Shown: positions 17,485-25,872 of the stretch, piece by piece
Position numbering within the stretch: the first letter of the stretch is position 1
How the letters are laid out: every line of letters begins with the position of its first letter
Assembly (NCBI GenBank): GCA_965372715.1
Contig: CBDVDH010000044.1
Location: 1 to 33,344 of the forward strand
DNA from: an uncultured bacterium
GTDB taxonomy: Bacteria; B130-G9
Length of the DNA: 33,344 bases
Direction: 5' to 3'
Position numbers and translations under genes: made by a program
The notes under the pieces: model-generated
Seen by the model: only the letters and a program-made list of their open reading frames with translations
What the model was told of the DNA's origin: nothing
Database searches by the model: none

Positions 17485-20400
17485 CTAGTGGAGCTCAAAT
17501 GGGGTTACCCAGATGTCGGTGACGGGCGAGAGGGCGCCTGGCCAGCAAAAGGCGGTGTAGAACGTGTATGTCCCGGGCGCGAGCGAGCCTTCGAGAACGA
17601 CATCGATGAACGTGAGTCCTTCTGGACAGTAGTATCCGGGCAGCGGGCGCCATTCTATCGGCGTCAGATCAACGCCAAACCCCGGCAGGCACAGCATCTG
17701 GCCGTCCGGCAAGACGACCACCGCGTAAAGGTCAACGTCAACCGGCTCTCCGGGGTTGTAGCAATAGAAATCGGCCGTGAGCCGGTCGCCGGCGTGGAAA
17801 TCAGCGACGTTCACGAGAATAGCGGCAGTTGGGGCGCCGTCGCTTGGATAGCTCCCGACGCAGTTCGAGACCTGCGACCAATTGTTGGAATCGTCAACCG
17901 CTCTGATCGCGAAGTAGTAATACGTTCCGGGCGCGAAGCCCGACACAACGAACTGCTCAGCGGAGCCGCTCGTCCGCGGCGTCCAGGAAGTCGAATCGCC
18001 GTAAATCGTCGCGGCAGGCCAGCTTGTCTCATTGATAGGGGCGGCGCCGAACCTAAGCTCGTAGCCGCTTGCGGTTCCGAATCGACCGTTATCGCCGGTC
18101 GCGGTGAAGCTCAGGAGTATCTCGCCCGCGTTGAGCCATTTTCTGGCCGCAAGGTCGTATATCGGCGATGGCGGCACGGTTTCGCCGGTCGGCGTCGCGG
18201 AGGCCACATTCGACATCCGCGAGCCGTTGCTCGCCTCGTCGTAGGCCTTAATTGCGAAGTAGTGGGTCACGTTCGCGGTGAGGCCAGAGACCGCGAACGT
18301 CTCTGTGCTTCCTGCCGGCTGCGGCATCCAGAATAGAGAAGGCTCGTATAACGTAGCGCTCGAGAAGGTGTCCGCTGTGATCATCGACAGCGAGTAGCGC
18401 AGCTCGTAGGACGACGCTGTGCCCTCGATGCCGCTGTCGCCCGTGGCGGTGAATCTCAACACGACGGAGTTCTCGCCAGCGGTCGCGGAGAGATTCTGTA
18501 TAGAGGACGGCGGAACCGCATCGCGGCCCGCTGTAGCTGAGTCGCAGTTTGAGACCTCCGATTGGTTTGAGCCGTCGTCAAACGCCTTGAGCGCGAAGTA
18601 GTATGTTCTGCCGGAGACGAGGCCTGAGATCGTCTTCAGCTCCCGCTGTCCCGCTTCAAGTGGGGTCCAAGTGAGCGAGGGTTGATACGTCTCCACGAAC
18701 GCCCAGTTGGTGGCGCCGATCTCAAACTCAGCGTATTTGAGGATGTAGCGGATGGCGGTACCGATGTTTCCATCGTCGCCCGTCGCAGTCCAGGAGAGGA
18801 TCAATTGACCTTCCACCTCACCGTCCTGGCCAGCGAGGTCCTCAATTCGCGCAGGCGGCACTTGGTCCTGACCGCCGCCGGCGGAGGCGCAGTTGGACAC
18901 GGCCGACCAGTTGTCCGCGTCATCGACGGAGACCATGGCGAAGTAACACGGTATGCTGGAATCGAACCCGGAGATGACGAACGATTCGTCGGCGCCGGCC
19001 GTCTGGGGGACCCATTCAAGGGAGGGCGCATAGACCTGGGCGGCGTCCCAGGCGCCCGCGTTGATGAATGATTCAGAGTATCTGAGCTCGTAGCTGACGA
19101 CTGTGCCGACGGTTCCGTCGTCGCCCGGCGCCGTGAAACTCAGCGTTATTTGACCCTCGAACGGCCCGGAAACCGCAAGCAAGTCCTCGATTGCCGCCGG
19201 CGGCACATCATCTGACGGCGCCTCAGTTGAGGCGAGATTCGAGATTGACGAGGCATTGCCCGCGTCGTCGAAGACCTTGAGCGCGAAGTAGTATGCGGTT
19301 TCTGCGCCCAAGCCCGTCACCGTTCTCTGCTCCTTGACTCCGGCTTGCACGGGCGTCCACGAGGTTGATGGCCCATAGAGCGTCACGGTGGAGAAATCGG
19401 ACGCGTCAAACGGCTCGGTGTGGTATCGCAGCTCGTAGCGAGCCGCCGTGCCGGAGCTGCCGTCATCGCCCGACGCCGTCCAGCTGAGGTCGCAGGTTGT
19501 GGGGGTGTCGGCGTCCCGTTGAGCCGAGAGGTCCTCGACCCTTGCTGGCGGGACATTGTCGTCCCCCGAGCCAACGAACATCATCTCGACCGTTGAATCC
19601 GCGAGGTTGCCTCCGCCGTCGCGAGCATAGACGCTGAGCTCAACTATGCCCTGGCCGCTGTATGACACAGGAAGGTCGTTTGAATAGACGAAATCACCGG
19701 CACGGAGGTCCCCGTGCGTGCCGTCGTCGTAGAGCTCGGTGTCCGTCTCGCCGCCAATCGGGAGCAGATTAGCAGTTACGGAGGTTATGTTGCCGCGGCC
19801 ATCCTTGTGGACAGCGCACACGCAGAACAGGACATCAACTTCCCCGTTCGTCCCTGGCGCCGAGTCAACCACAGCCGGATATGACAGCGCGTAGGCTATT
19901 TCAACGATCGAGCTGCCGCCGCTCTCACGGACCGAGCGCTGGGTCGTGCCCACGTCAACGGTCGCCTGAACAAGCTCGCCCTGCGAGACGGTGAAATCGC
20001 CCGATTGGGGCACGAACAGAGTTTTGAGGTCATCATCGCCACCGGAGAAATCCTCTACCATGAGGTAGAACGTGCCCGGAGCAGGAAAGAAGCTCACTCT
20101 TCCCGAGGCGCCCAGGCCTCCCTCGTTCTTTCGGCCCAGGTAGAGGTCGTCGTCCGCGAAAAGATAGGCCCTTGCCGACTGGAAAGCCGCTCCGCTCTTC
20201 TGAACGGTAACTTCCACCTCGTTCTCTATGAACGTCTTTGTGATGCTTATGGATTCGGCCGCCGAGAGCCAGACGAGGCGCTCGCATCTCGAATCCCTCG
20301 CATCGGCGCCAGATGTGAATTGGAGCCTGTATTGGCCCGGAGGCACGGTTAGCGTCCGCTGGCCGTCGTCGCCTACACCGTAGTCTGGGGTCGAGGCTAC

Positions 20401-22821
20401 CCATTTGCCTGAGCTTTCGTCGAAGACCTCGACGTCGCCGTTGCACGGGCCGTTTGTGTTCTCGATTCTTGCGTGGATGTATGCCGTATCGACAACTATG
20501 TCCCGGTCGAGGCTTTGTCCGCTTCCAAGCGAGACAGAAGAATCGAGGCTCTGCACGTGCGTCGCGCCGTCAAAGCCCTGATATGTCAGTTCGGCCTCGT
20601 ATTGGCCGGTTAGGAGCACATAGGAGCGCTCGCCCAACGGCAGTGCGCCAACGTCGGGGGGCATGCGCTTCGTATCGTCTTTGTAGAGCAGGCTCGTAAA
20701 ATCCTTGTAGCCGTCCGATGCCGGAACGTGAACGTAAAGCGAAAGACTGGTCGTAACAGGCCCCGCCGAATCGAACGTCGAAATCGTCAGCTGCCCTTGC
20801 CCCACGGTCTTGGAATGCTGCTTCCGCTGGCCCGCGGCGAGCTGTATCGGATAGTCGATGGGGTGCACGGCGATGCTGTTGGGATCGACATATTGGTATC
20901 GGAAGCTGAACGTTGACGGCATCAGGTTGAATGTGTGATCGCTGGCGGCAAGAAGCGGATAGCCGTCGGCCGCTGTCAGGAGCGTCCCCGCCGAGTTATA
21001 TATCCAAATCCTGCCCTCAGCCGAGCCGTCCCGGTCGCGCAGGTCAACCCAGATCGTGCCGTTGCCAAACGTAACGGTATCCGCGTCGCTCGCGCCCTCG
21101 GCCAGTGTGAATCCCCTCGTGATAACGCAGGCGTGAGGCGAGGACTTGTCATAGACATACTTGATGGTGTATGTGCCCGCCGGGACATCCCACTCCTGAA
21201 ACCCGTCGTCGCCTACGCCATAGCGCGTGGTCTCCTCGACGAGGGTCCCAGTCTCCTCGTCGTAGATCGAGGCGCCGCCGTTGCACGACCCACTGGCGTC
21301 GCGGAGATAGACGCCCAGCGTGCACGAGTCCGTGCCGCGCTCAAAGTTCAAGAGGTCGAGCGCGTATGAGTTCGCCTCCAGGTCGTTGGCTTCGATGTCG
21401 AAGAAGAACCGCTCAATTGGATCGCCCTCTTGAGGCGCGAAATAGACCTGAACGATGTATGTGGCTGGGATGACGTTATCGAACGAGCAGAGGCCGCCTC
21501 CGTGGGCCAGCGCGCTCGCCACCGCGTCGCCTGTGTCCTGATTGAGAAGGAACGCCGTCGCGGAACTGGCGGGGACGCTCTCGCCATCGTAGCGGACCGT
21601 GAGCGAGAGATCGCTGCCCCGCTCGACGGCGATCTGTAGCGTTTCAGTTGCGCCAGCCACAAGTTCCCGGCCAACGAGGAACCACGTCTTCGAGGGCTCA
21701 ACGAGCGAGTTCTCGACCTTGACGCTCACGCTGCCGGCGGGGACGTATCCGAAATCGACGATACCTCCAGCCCCGGGGGATTTACCCTCGTCAATCGCGT
21801 CGAAACTCGGGTCGTGTATCAGCGAGAGCTTCACAGCGTCATCGACAATTGGCGTTCCCGCGGAGTCCTTCACCTCGCAGCGCAGCCTCGCGACCTCGTC
21901 AAGAAGGATCGGGAGATTCACGCTAACGTCCGCCGGCGCCTCAAGGTCAAAGAAATATCGCTCCAGGCTCACAAGGCCGCGGTTATAGACGACCTTGACT
22001 TTGTAGTAGCCTGCGACTACTTCGCCAAAGTCGGCCCTGCCGGAGCCGTCGCACAACAGCGCGTCAACGACCTCCGAAAACGGCGCCGATTGGTGCGACA
22101 AGAAGACCGTCGCCGAACCGGTCAGCGCTCGACCGAATGAGTCGGAGACAGTGAACATCAGGCCTGAACAGAGCGGTATCTCGACGCGCCTCGTCTGGTT
22201 CGAGTTCGGCTGAACCACGACGTCGAACGTGTGAAATCCGCCTTCGGGCCGAATCGACCAATGCCGCACCTTCGCGGAGTATATGCCCGGAACCACCTCA
22301 TCGTAGCGCGCCTCGCCCAGACCGTCGCAGCGAACGCTGCCAACGAGATTGCTGGTGATCTGATCGTAAAGATAGACGTCAATGAGGCCGTCCGGAACGG
22401 AGCCCGCCTCAGACCGAACCCGTATTCTGAGATCTCCGCTGGAGCGGAAACTGATGGAGTCCTGAACGTCCTGCCCCGGGCCGACGACGATGTGGTGCTT
22501 GAACTTGACCACGACCGGCTGCGCGCGCACGTGCTTGACCCTGATGAAATAAGTGTTGGCGCCTAGGCCCGAGAAAGTCAGCTTGCCCTCGTCGTCCGTC
22601 ATGATTCTGCCAGGCGGGTCCTGAAACGACAGGCTGCCCTCGACAAACAGCGCGCCCTCCGCGTCGTCCGTAGAGACAGGACCCAAATCGTCAAGAACTG
22701 TCAGCTCGATACTCGCGGCTGCGGCGTCCGAGACAAATGCCAATGAGCTGCTGCAAACCAGAAGCGCAAGCACGATAATCGCTTGCGGCCAATTCCAGGC
22801 CTCTGAATTCGTATTCCTCAT
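17485..22821 (-). CDS. Large secreted multidomain protein: signal peptide, beta-sandwich repeats, DDGxxGD motif, 5 FN3-like repeats, C-terminal domain
   Basis: 1778-aa ORF with a Sec-type signal (…FVSDAAAAS). It has five repeats of VPPxxIxDL...WTAxGDDG..GTA..YELRY...YYFAxxAxD..N.S..SN, and LYDDGTHGDLRAGDFVYS. Confidence 0.88.
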   Translation of the reverse strand: MRNTNSEAWNWPQAIIVLALLVCSSSLAFVSDAAAASIELTVLDDLGPVSTDDAEGALFVEGSLSFQDPPGRIMTDDEGKLTFSGLGANTYFIRVKHVRAQPVVVKFKHHIVVGPGQDVQDSISFRSSGDLRIRVRSEAGSVPDGLIDVYLYDQITSNLVGSVRCDGLGEARYDEVVPGIYSAKVRHWSIRPEGGFHTFDVVVQPNSNQTRRVEIPLCSGLMFTVSDSFGRALTGSATVFLSHQSAPFSEVVDALLCDGSGRADFGEVVAGYYKVKVVYNRGLVSLERYFFDLEAPADVSVNLPILLDEVARLRCEVKDSAGTPIVDDAVKLSLIHDPSFDAIDEGKSPGAGGIVDFGYVPAGSVSVKVENSLVEPSKTWFLVGRELVAGATETLQIAVERGSDLSLTVRYDGESVPASSATAFLLNQDTGDAVASALAHGGGLCSFDNVIPATYIVQVYFAPQEGDPIERFFFDIEANDLEANSYALDLLNFERGTDSCTLGVYLRDASGSCNGGASIYDEETGTLVEETTRYGVGDDGFQEWDVPAGTYTIKYVYDKSSPHACVITRGFTLAEGASDADTVTFGNGTIWVDLRDRDGSAEGRIWIYNSAGTLLTAADGYPLLAASDHTFNLMPSTFSFRYQYVDPNSIAVHPIDYPIQLAAGQRKQHSKTVGQGQLTISTFDSAGPVTTSLSLYVHVPASDGYKDFTSLLYKDDTKRMPPDVGALPLGERSYVLLTGQYEAELTYQGFDGATHVQSLDSSVSLGSGQSLDRDIVVDTAYIHARIENTNGPCNGDVEVFDESSGKWVASTPDYGVGDDGQRTLTVPPGQYRLQFTSGADARDSRCERLVWLSAAESISITKTFIENEVEVTVQKSGAAFQSARAYLFADDDLYLGRKNEGGLGASGRVSFFPAPGTFYLMVEDFSGGDDDLKTLFVPQSGDFTVSQGELVQATVDVGTTQRSVRESGGSSIVEIAYALSYPAVVDSAPGTNGEVDVLFCVCAVHKDGRGNITSVTANLLPIGGETDTELYDDGTHGDLRAGDFVYSNDLPVSYSGQGIVELSVYARDGGGNLADSTVEMMFVGSGDDNVPPARVEDLSAQRDADTPTTCDLSWTASGDDGSSGTAARYELRYHTEPFDASDFSTVTLYGPSTSWTPVQAGVKEQRTVTGLGAETAYYFALKVFDDAGNASSISNLASTEAPSDDVPPAAIEDLLAVSGPFEGQITLSFTAPGDDGTVGTVVSYELRYSESFINAGAWDAAQVYAPSLEWVPQTAGADESFVISGFDSSIPCYFAMVSVDDADNWSAVSNCASAGGGQDQVPPARIEDLAGQDGEVEGQLILSWTATGDDGNIGTAIRYILKYAEFEIGATNWAFVETYQPSLTWTPLEAGQRELKTISGLVSGRTYYFALKAFDDGSNQSEVSNCDSATAGRDAVPPSSIQNLSATAGENSVVLRFTATGDSGIEGTASSYELRYSLSMITADTFSSATLYEPSLFWMPQPAGSTETFAVSGLTANVTHYFAIKAYDEASNGSRMSNVASATPTGETVPPSPIYDLAARKWLNAGEILLSFTATGDNGRFGTASGYELRFGAAPINETSWPAATIYGDSTSWTPRTSGSAEQFVVSGFAPGTYYYFAIRAVDDSNNWSQVSNCVGSYPSDGAPTAAILVNVADFHAGDRLTADFYCYNPGEPVDVDLYAVVVLPDGQMLCLPGFGVDLTPIEWRPLPGYYCPEGLTFIDVVLEGSLAPGTYTFYTAFCWPGALSPVTDIWVTPFELH

Positions 22822-22955
22822 TACATATCCCTCAAATTGCTGACCAGGTCACAGTCGTGCGGGCCGATAATAGACGATAATGAATTCCAGCCACGCTTGC
22901 GCGGACCAACACCATGTTCTGATTCAGCAAAGCTTGAGAACTTCCTTATGGCTTG

Positions 22956-23301
22956 TCAAGCACGTTGACCTCTGATTCGCACCGCACCAGGTGTGATCAC
23001 TGTAAAATTGTGAGCCAGTTCATCGGCATGTTCTTGCACAGCAATTGTCACAACCTCAGCTTTACGTTCCGGGGATAGACCTGACAAGCGCATCAATACA
23101 ACCCCGTGAGCCACGCGTCCCTGTCGAAACACCAATTCCCCAAAATCCTTGTCCGCAGTCAAGACTAACGCTTGCTCTTCTCACCACATCCTCATCCGAA
23201 CTGCTCGGCGCCATCTCGATTACGTTGAGGACACAGTGACCACCGTCTCTGAGACGGTCAATGATTGGCTTATCCACATTTTCGTCGGCCAGGAACTTCA
23301 C
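22956..23301 (-). pseudogene. Frameshifted DUF5615/VapC45-like PIN toxin
   Basis: MKFLADENVD...SDEDVVRRA in one frame continues as ALVLTADKDFGELVFRQ...GVVLMRL in another, with the shift at about 23172. The GTG start overlaps the DUF433 stop (GTGA). Confidence 0.85.
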
Positions 23302-23534
23302 TGGACCTGTTCGGGCATCGGATAAACCACATCCGCCCTTAACGCCTCCGCGGCGAAGGCAAGGGCCGCTTGGATAGCTTCGCGGGTCAGCCTGGGATGA
23401 GCCTCAAGAATCTGCTCAACTGTCTCTCCGGCAGCGAGCTTCTCAAGAATCAGCTCAACTGTAATGCGAGTACCCGCAACCACTGGCTTGCCCATCATGA
23501 TCGACGGGTCTGATTGGATAATGCCTCTGTCCAT
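23298..23534 (-). CDS. DUF433 family antitoxin
   Basis: IQSDPSIMMGKPVVAGTRITVELILEKLAAGETVEQILEAHPRLTREAIQAALAFAA. GAGAGG precedes the ATG at 23534. Confidence 0.92.
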   Translation of the reverse strand: MDRGIIQSDPSIMMGKPVVAGTRITVELILEKLAAGETVEQILEAHPRLTREAIQAALAFAAEALRADVVYPMPEQVQ

Positions 23535-23574
23535 ACCTCTCATCACCTTGGTCCCGCTCAATGTTCTCTCACGC

Positions 23575-23718
23575 CTATTGAAAAGGCAAAACTACCACAT
23601 CTTTCTCACAAATATCGCCAAGCCTCGTCGTCATCCGATCGTAGCCAGTTTTTCTTAAGAGAGACTTCGCTTCCGATCGAGGTCGTATCCATCTTCCAAC
23701 GCCCGGCAGCCTGGGCAC
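23575..23718 (-). pseudogene. Fused TA remnants: HicA-like N-terminal stub, DUF2281-like C-terminal fragment, MazF/PemK-like N-terminal stub
   Basis: MPRLPGV (23698-23718), MDTTSIGSEVSLKKNWLRSDDDEAWRYL* (23606-23692), and (M)AIFVR/KDVVVLPF (23575-23621, 1-nt shift). Confidence 0.6.
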
Positions 23719-23720
23719 AA

Positions 23721-23918
23721 CTACCCTACCTCTACGTAGAGCGACTGCTGGCCTTTGCTTAGCTCCTCAGCAGTCCCCAAGTACGCTTCTATTGCGTCCT
23801 TGATGTTCTCCAAAGCCTCGTCTTGGGTCTGTCCCTGCGACCAGCAGCCCGGCAGGCCAGGGACCCAAACAGCATAGCCCTCTTCCGTCTTCTTGAGACT
23901 TACTCTGTCCCCTCGCAA
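23721..23918 (-). CDS. hicB: HicB family antitoxin (short form); start uncertain
   Basis: LKKTEEGYAVWVPGLPGCWSQGQTQDEALENIKDAIEAYL. Confidence 0.88.
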   Translation of the reverse strand: MRGDRVSLKKTEEGYAVWVPGLPGCWSQGQTQDEALENIKDAIEAYLGTAEELSKGQQSLYVEVG

Positions 23919-23954
23919 GCCAGAAGTTGATCGATACGAGAGCTCGCTGTCGTC

Positions 23955-24176
23955 TCACAGCAACTCAGGGAATTCCTCAATGGTGAGGCCAGAATTGCGG
24001 ATTAGGACCCGAAGCGTTCCAACAGACAGTTCTCTGTGCTGGGGAATCGAGAGGTTGGCCCTCACACCGGGTTTGACCATCACCATGTGACTACCAACTT
24101 GGCCAAGCCGCGCCCAGCCGGCCTTTTCAAAGGCTTTGGTAGCATCCCTGCCTGATATGTTCGCCAACAGGGCCAC
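23955..24176 (-). CDS. hicA: HicA family toxin
   Basis: LANISGRDATKAFEKAGW...QVGSHMVM...LSIPQHRELSVGTLRVLIRNSGLTIEEF. The GTG start lies 4 nt after the upstream hicB stop. Confidence 0.9.
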   Translation of the reverse strand: MALLANISGRDATKAFEKAGWARLGQVGSHMVMVKPGVRANLSIPQHRELSVGTLRVLIRNSGLTIEEFPELL

Positions 24177-24180
24177 AGGG

Positions 24181-24396
24181 CTACACTGACACGACGATGG
24201 GTTTCTGGCCCGGCCCCTGCGACAACGTGGCGGCTGCCTTCTGGTCCTCGGCCCACAACCAGGCAATGATTGCTTCTTTGATGTTCTCCAGGGCTTCCTT
24301 TTCGTCCTTGCCCTGAGAGACGCACCCGGGAAGCGCCGGACACTCCACAACAATCCAGCCATCTTCGGCACGCTCGACTGTAACGTGAAAGATCAT
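24181..24396 (-). CDS. hicB: HicB family antitoxin (short form)
   Basis: MIFHVTVERAEDGWIVVECPALPGCVSQGKDEKEALENIKEAI. GGAGGG RBS upstream. Confidence 0.9.
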   Translation of the reverse strand: MIFHVTVERAEDGWIVVECPALPGCVSQGKDEKEALENIKEAIIAWLWAEDQKAAATLSQGPGQKPIVVSV

Positions 24397-24409
24397 AGCT
24401 CTGACCCTC

Positions 24410-24616
24410 CTATTGTATGGCAGGCAAAGTCCCGTTGTCATTCGCCTGCTTTCCCAATGACGTGACGTATTCGAGAAAACTCACTCCTTCGAGCTCCGCC
24501 TCTCTGGCAATGATCTTCCTCCCGATATGGACCTGTTGCAGGGACCGATCCTCAGGGAACTCCGCCTCAACCGTCCTTCTTATTGCTTTTGTTTCTTCTT
24601 CTGCGATTGCGCTCAT
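24410..24616 (-). CDS. Small hypothetical protein within the TA cluster
   Basis: 68-aa ORF (EFPEDRSLQQVHIGRKII), co-oriented and tiling the gap between neighbours, with GAGAG upstream. Confidence 0.6.
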   Translation of the reverse strand: MSAIAEEETKAIRRTVEAEFPEDRSLQQVHIGRKIIAREAELEGVSFLEYVTSLGKQANDNGTLPAIQ

Positions 24617-24654
24617 ATCGCACTCTCTATCTACCGGTGACAGTGTCGTTCAAC

Positions 24655-24858
24655 TCACTTCCGTGACTGGTGCTGAGCGATTAGGCTACGAACCTTGGGA
24701 ACCAATGCATAGGGGATCTCCATAATGCTCTGGCCCTGCTGTTCGCATGCTGCTTCATCTTCAGCCACGGCCTGCTCTTCAGTCTGATGCTCATAATGAG
24801 CTAACACCCGACGGACTCGCTCTTCGTCCCATCCGGGTGGGAACCTGCTCTCCTTCAC
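24655..24858 (-). CDS. Small acidic hypothetical protein, putative antitoxin
   Basis: MKESRFPPGWDEERVRRVLAHYEHQTEEQAVAEDEAA...IMEIPYALVPKVRSLIA. GAGG precedes the GTG at 24858. Confidence 0.7.
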   Translation of the reverse strand: MKESRFPPGWDEERVRRVLAHYEHQTEEQAVAEDEAACEQQGQSIMEIPYALVPKVRSLIAQHQSRK

Positions 24859-24924
24859 TTGTCTTCCTCTCTCTTGCCGCCCGCGACACAATCCGCAGAT
24901 TCTCTGTATCCCTCTTTCGAGAGA

Positions 24925-25089
24925 CTATACGTTCTCTTGCCCTTTCGCAAGAGCCTGAATGACCCCAATCCGCAATCTCGCCCGGGGCTCGCCCTGCAAG
25001 CTGGAAACAATGGAGCCAGTCAGCATATACTCGATGCCCGCACGGTCAAGCGCCTGCACAGCCCATCTCAATAGTTCCTGTTGTGACAT
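24925..25089 (-). pseudogene. Truncated nucleotidyltransferase-type toxin (MenT-like N-terminus)
   Basis: 54-aa ORF not in the ORF track: MSQQELLRWAVQALDRAGIEYMLTGSIVSSLQGEPR, then unrelated residues and a stop. It overlaps the 3' end of the upstream gene. Confidence 0.75.
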
Positions 25090-25283
25090 TTCTCCAGCCG
25101 CTCAAAGTATATCTTCTTTATCTCTTCATCCGATTTGTCGGGGAATCTCTTTCGCAGCTCGTGCAAGAATAGCCCTCGAACGAACTCAGACAGCTCGAAG
25201 CACTTGAGCAGCCTCGCCTCGGGTGACATGGAGCGAAGTATCTGAATATACAGCTTGTGATTCGGACGCTTTTTTATGTTCAT
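25068..25283 (-). CDS. Rv0078B (MenA1)-like antitoxin
   Basis: YIQILRSMSPEARLLKCFELSEFVRGLFLHELRKRFPDKSDEEI. It overlaps the start of the nucleotidyltransferase fragment. Confidence 0.7.
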   Translation of the reverse strand: MNIKKRPNHKLYIQILRSMSPEARLLKCFELSEFVRGLFLHELRKRFPDKSDEEIKKIYFERLEKCHNRNY

Positions 25284-25359
25284 CTTTTCCCACTAAAGCT
25301 CCTTATGATCAGCCCAAACGCGTCTCAGCAGCGCGGAGCGCAGATTCGACCACGAAGAC

Positions 25360-25764
25360 TCACCTGGGCCTCAGTATCTCCAGCCTGACCTCGACCACGC
25401 CCGCCTCGAGCATGTCGATCTCTTTTGCCGCGCCCAGCGAAAGATCGATTATCCTCTTCTTCTTGTCCTTGAACGGCCCCCTATCGTTTATGCGCACGAC
25501 GACGCTCCTTCCGTTCTCCAGGTTTGTGACCCTGACCCACGTGTCAAATGGCAGCGTTCTGTGCGCCGCGGTCATGGCGAACATATTATAGGTCTCGCCG
25601 TTTGCCGTCTTGCGACCGTGGAACTTGCCGCCATACCAGGACGCGTAGCCGTGTTGAACGCCCTTCTTGATCTTCTGTGACCTGTGGGCGCAGCATCCGA
25701 GTGTGATGGATAACGTGAGTATGACGGCTAGTGTGCGGCAGAGCTTTGCGCCTTGCTTAGGCAT
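25360..25764 (-). CDS. rlpA: RlpA family lytic transglycosylase lipoprotein (DPBB domain only)
   Basis: Lipobox [40 protein letters not shown] and RIIDLS. Confidence 0.93.
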   Translation of the reverse strand: MPKQGAKLCRTLAVILTLSITLGCCAHRSQKIKKGVQHGYASWYGGKFHGRKTANGETYNMFAMTAAHRTLPFDTWVRVTNLENGRSVVVRINDRGPFKDKKKRIIDLSLGAAKEIDMLEAGVVEVRLEILRPR

Positions 25765-25872
25765 GATCACCCTCTCAAGAGCCTTTCGTAGCAGATATTG
25801 AGCAGAATACCGCCGAGCAATATGAAGGATTAGGCTCGGTTCTGCAACCTACGCGCCCGCGTGCCCGTATCG

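Noticed and set aside
17479-18336. 285-aa plus-strand ORF and other antisense ORFs over the large protein gene
   Set aside because: These are shadow ORFs of a well-supported minus-strand CDS.
23955-24371. 138-aa version of hicA from the ORF track
   Set aside because: The extension overlaps hicB in another frame, and HicA similarity begins at the GTG at 24176.
24648-24654. GTTGAAC (GTTRRRY) on the minus strand after a TA-array gene, suggesting integron cassettes
   Set aside because: I found no matching RYYYAAC inverse core, no attC-like hairpins between the genes and no integrase in the window.
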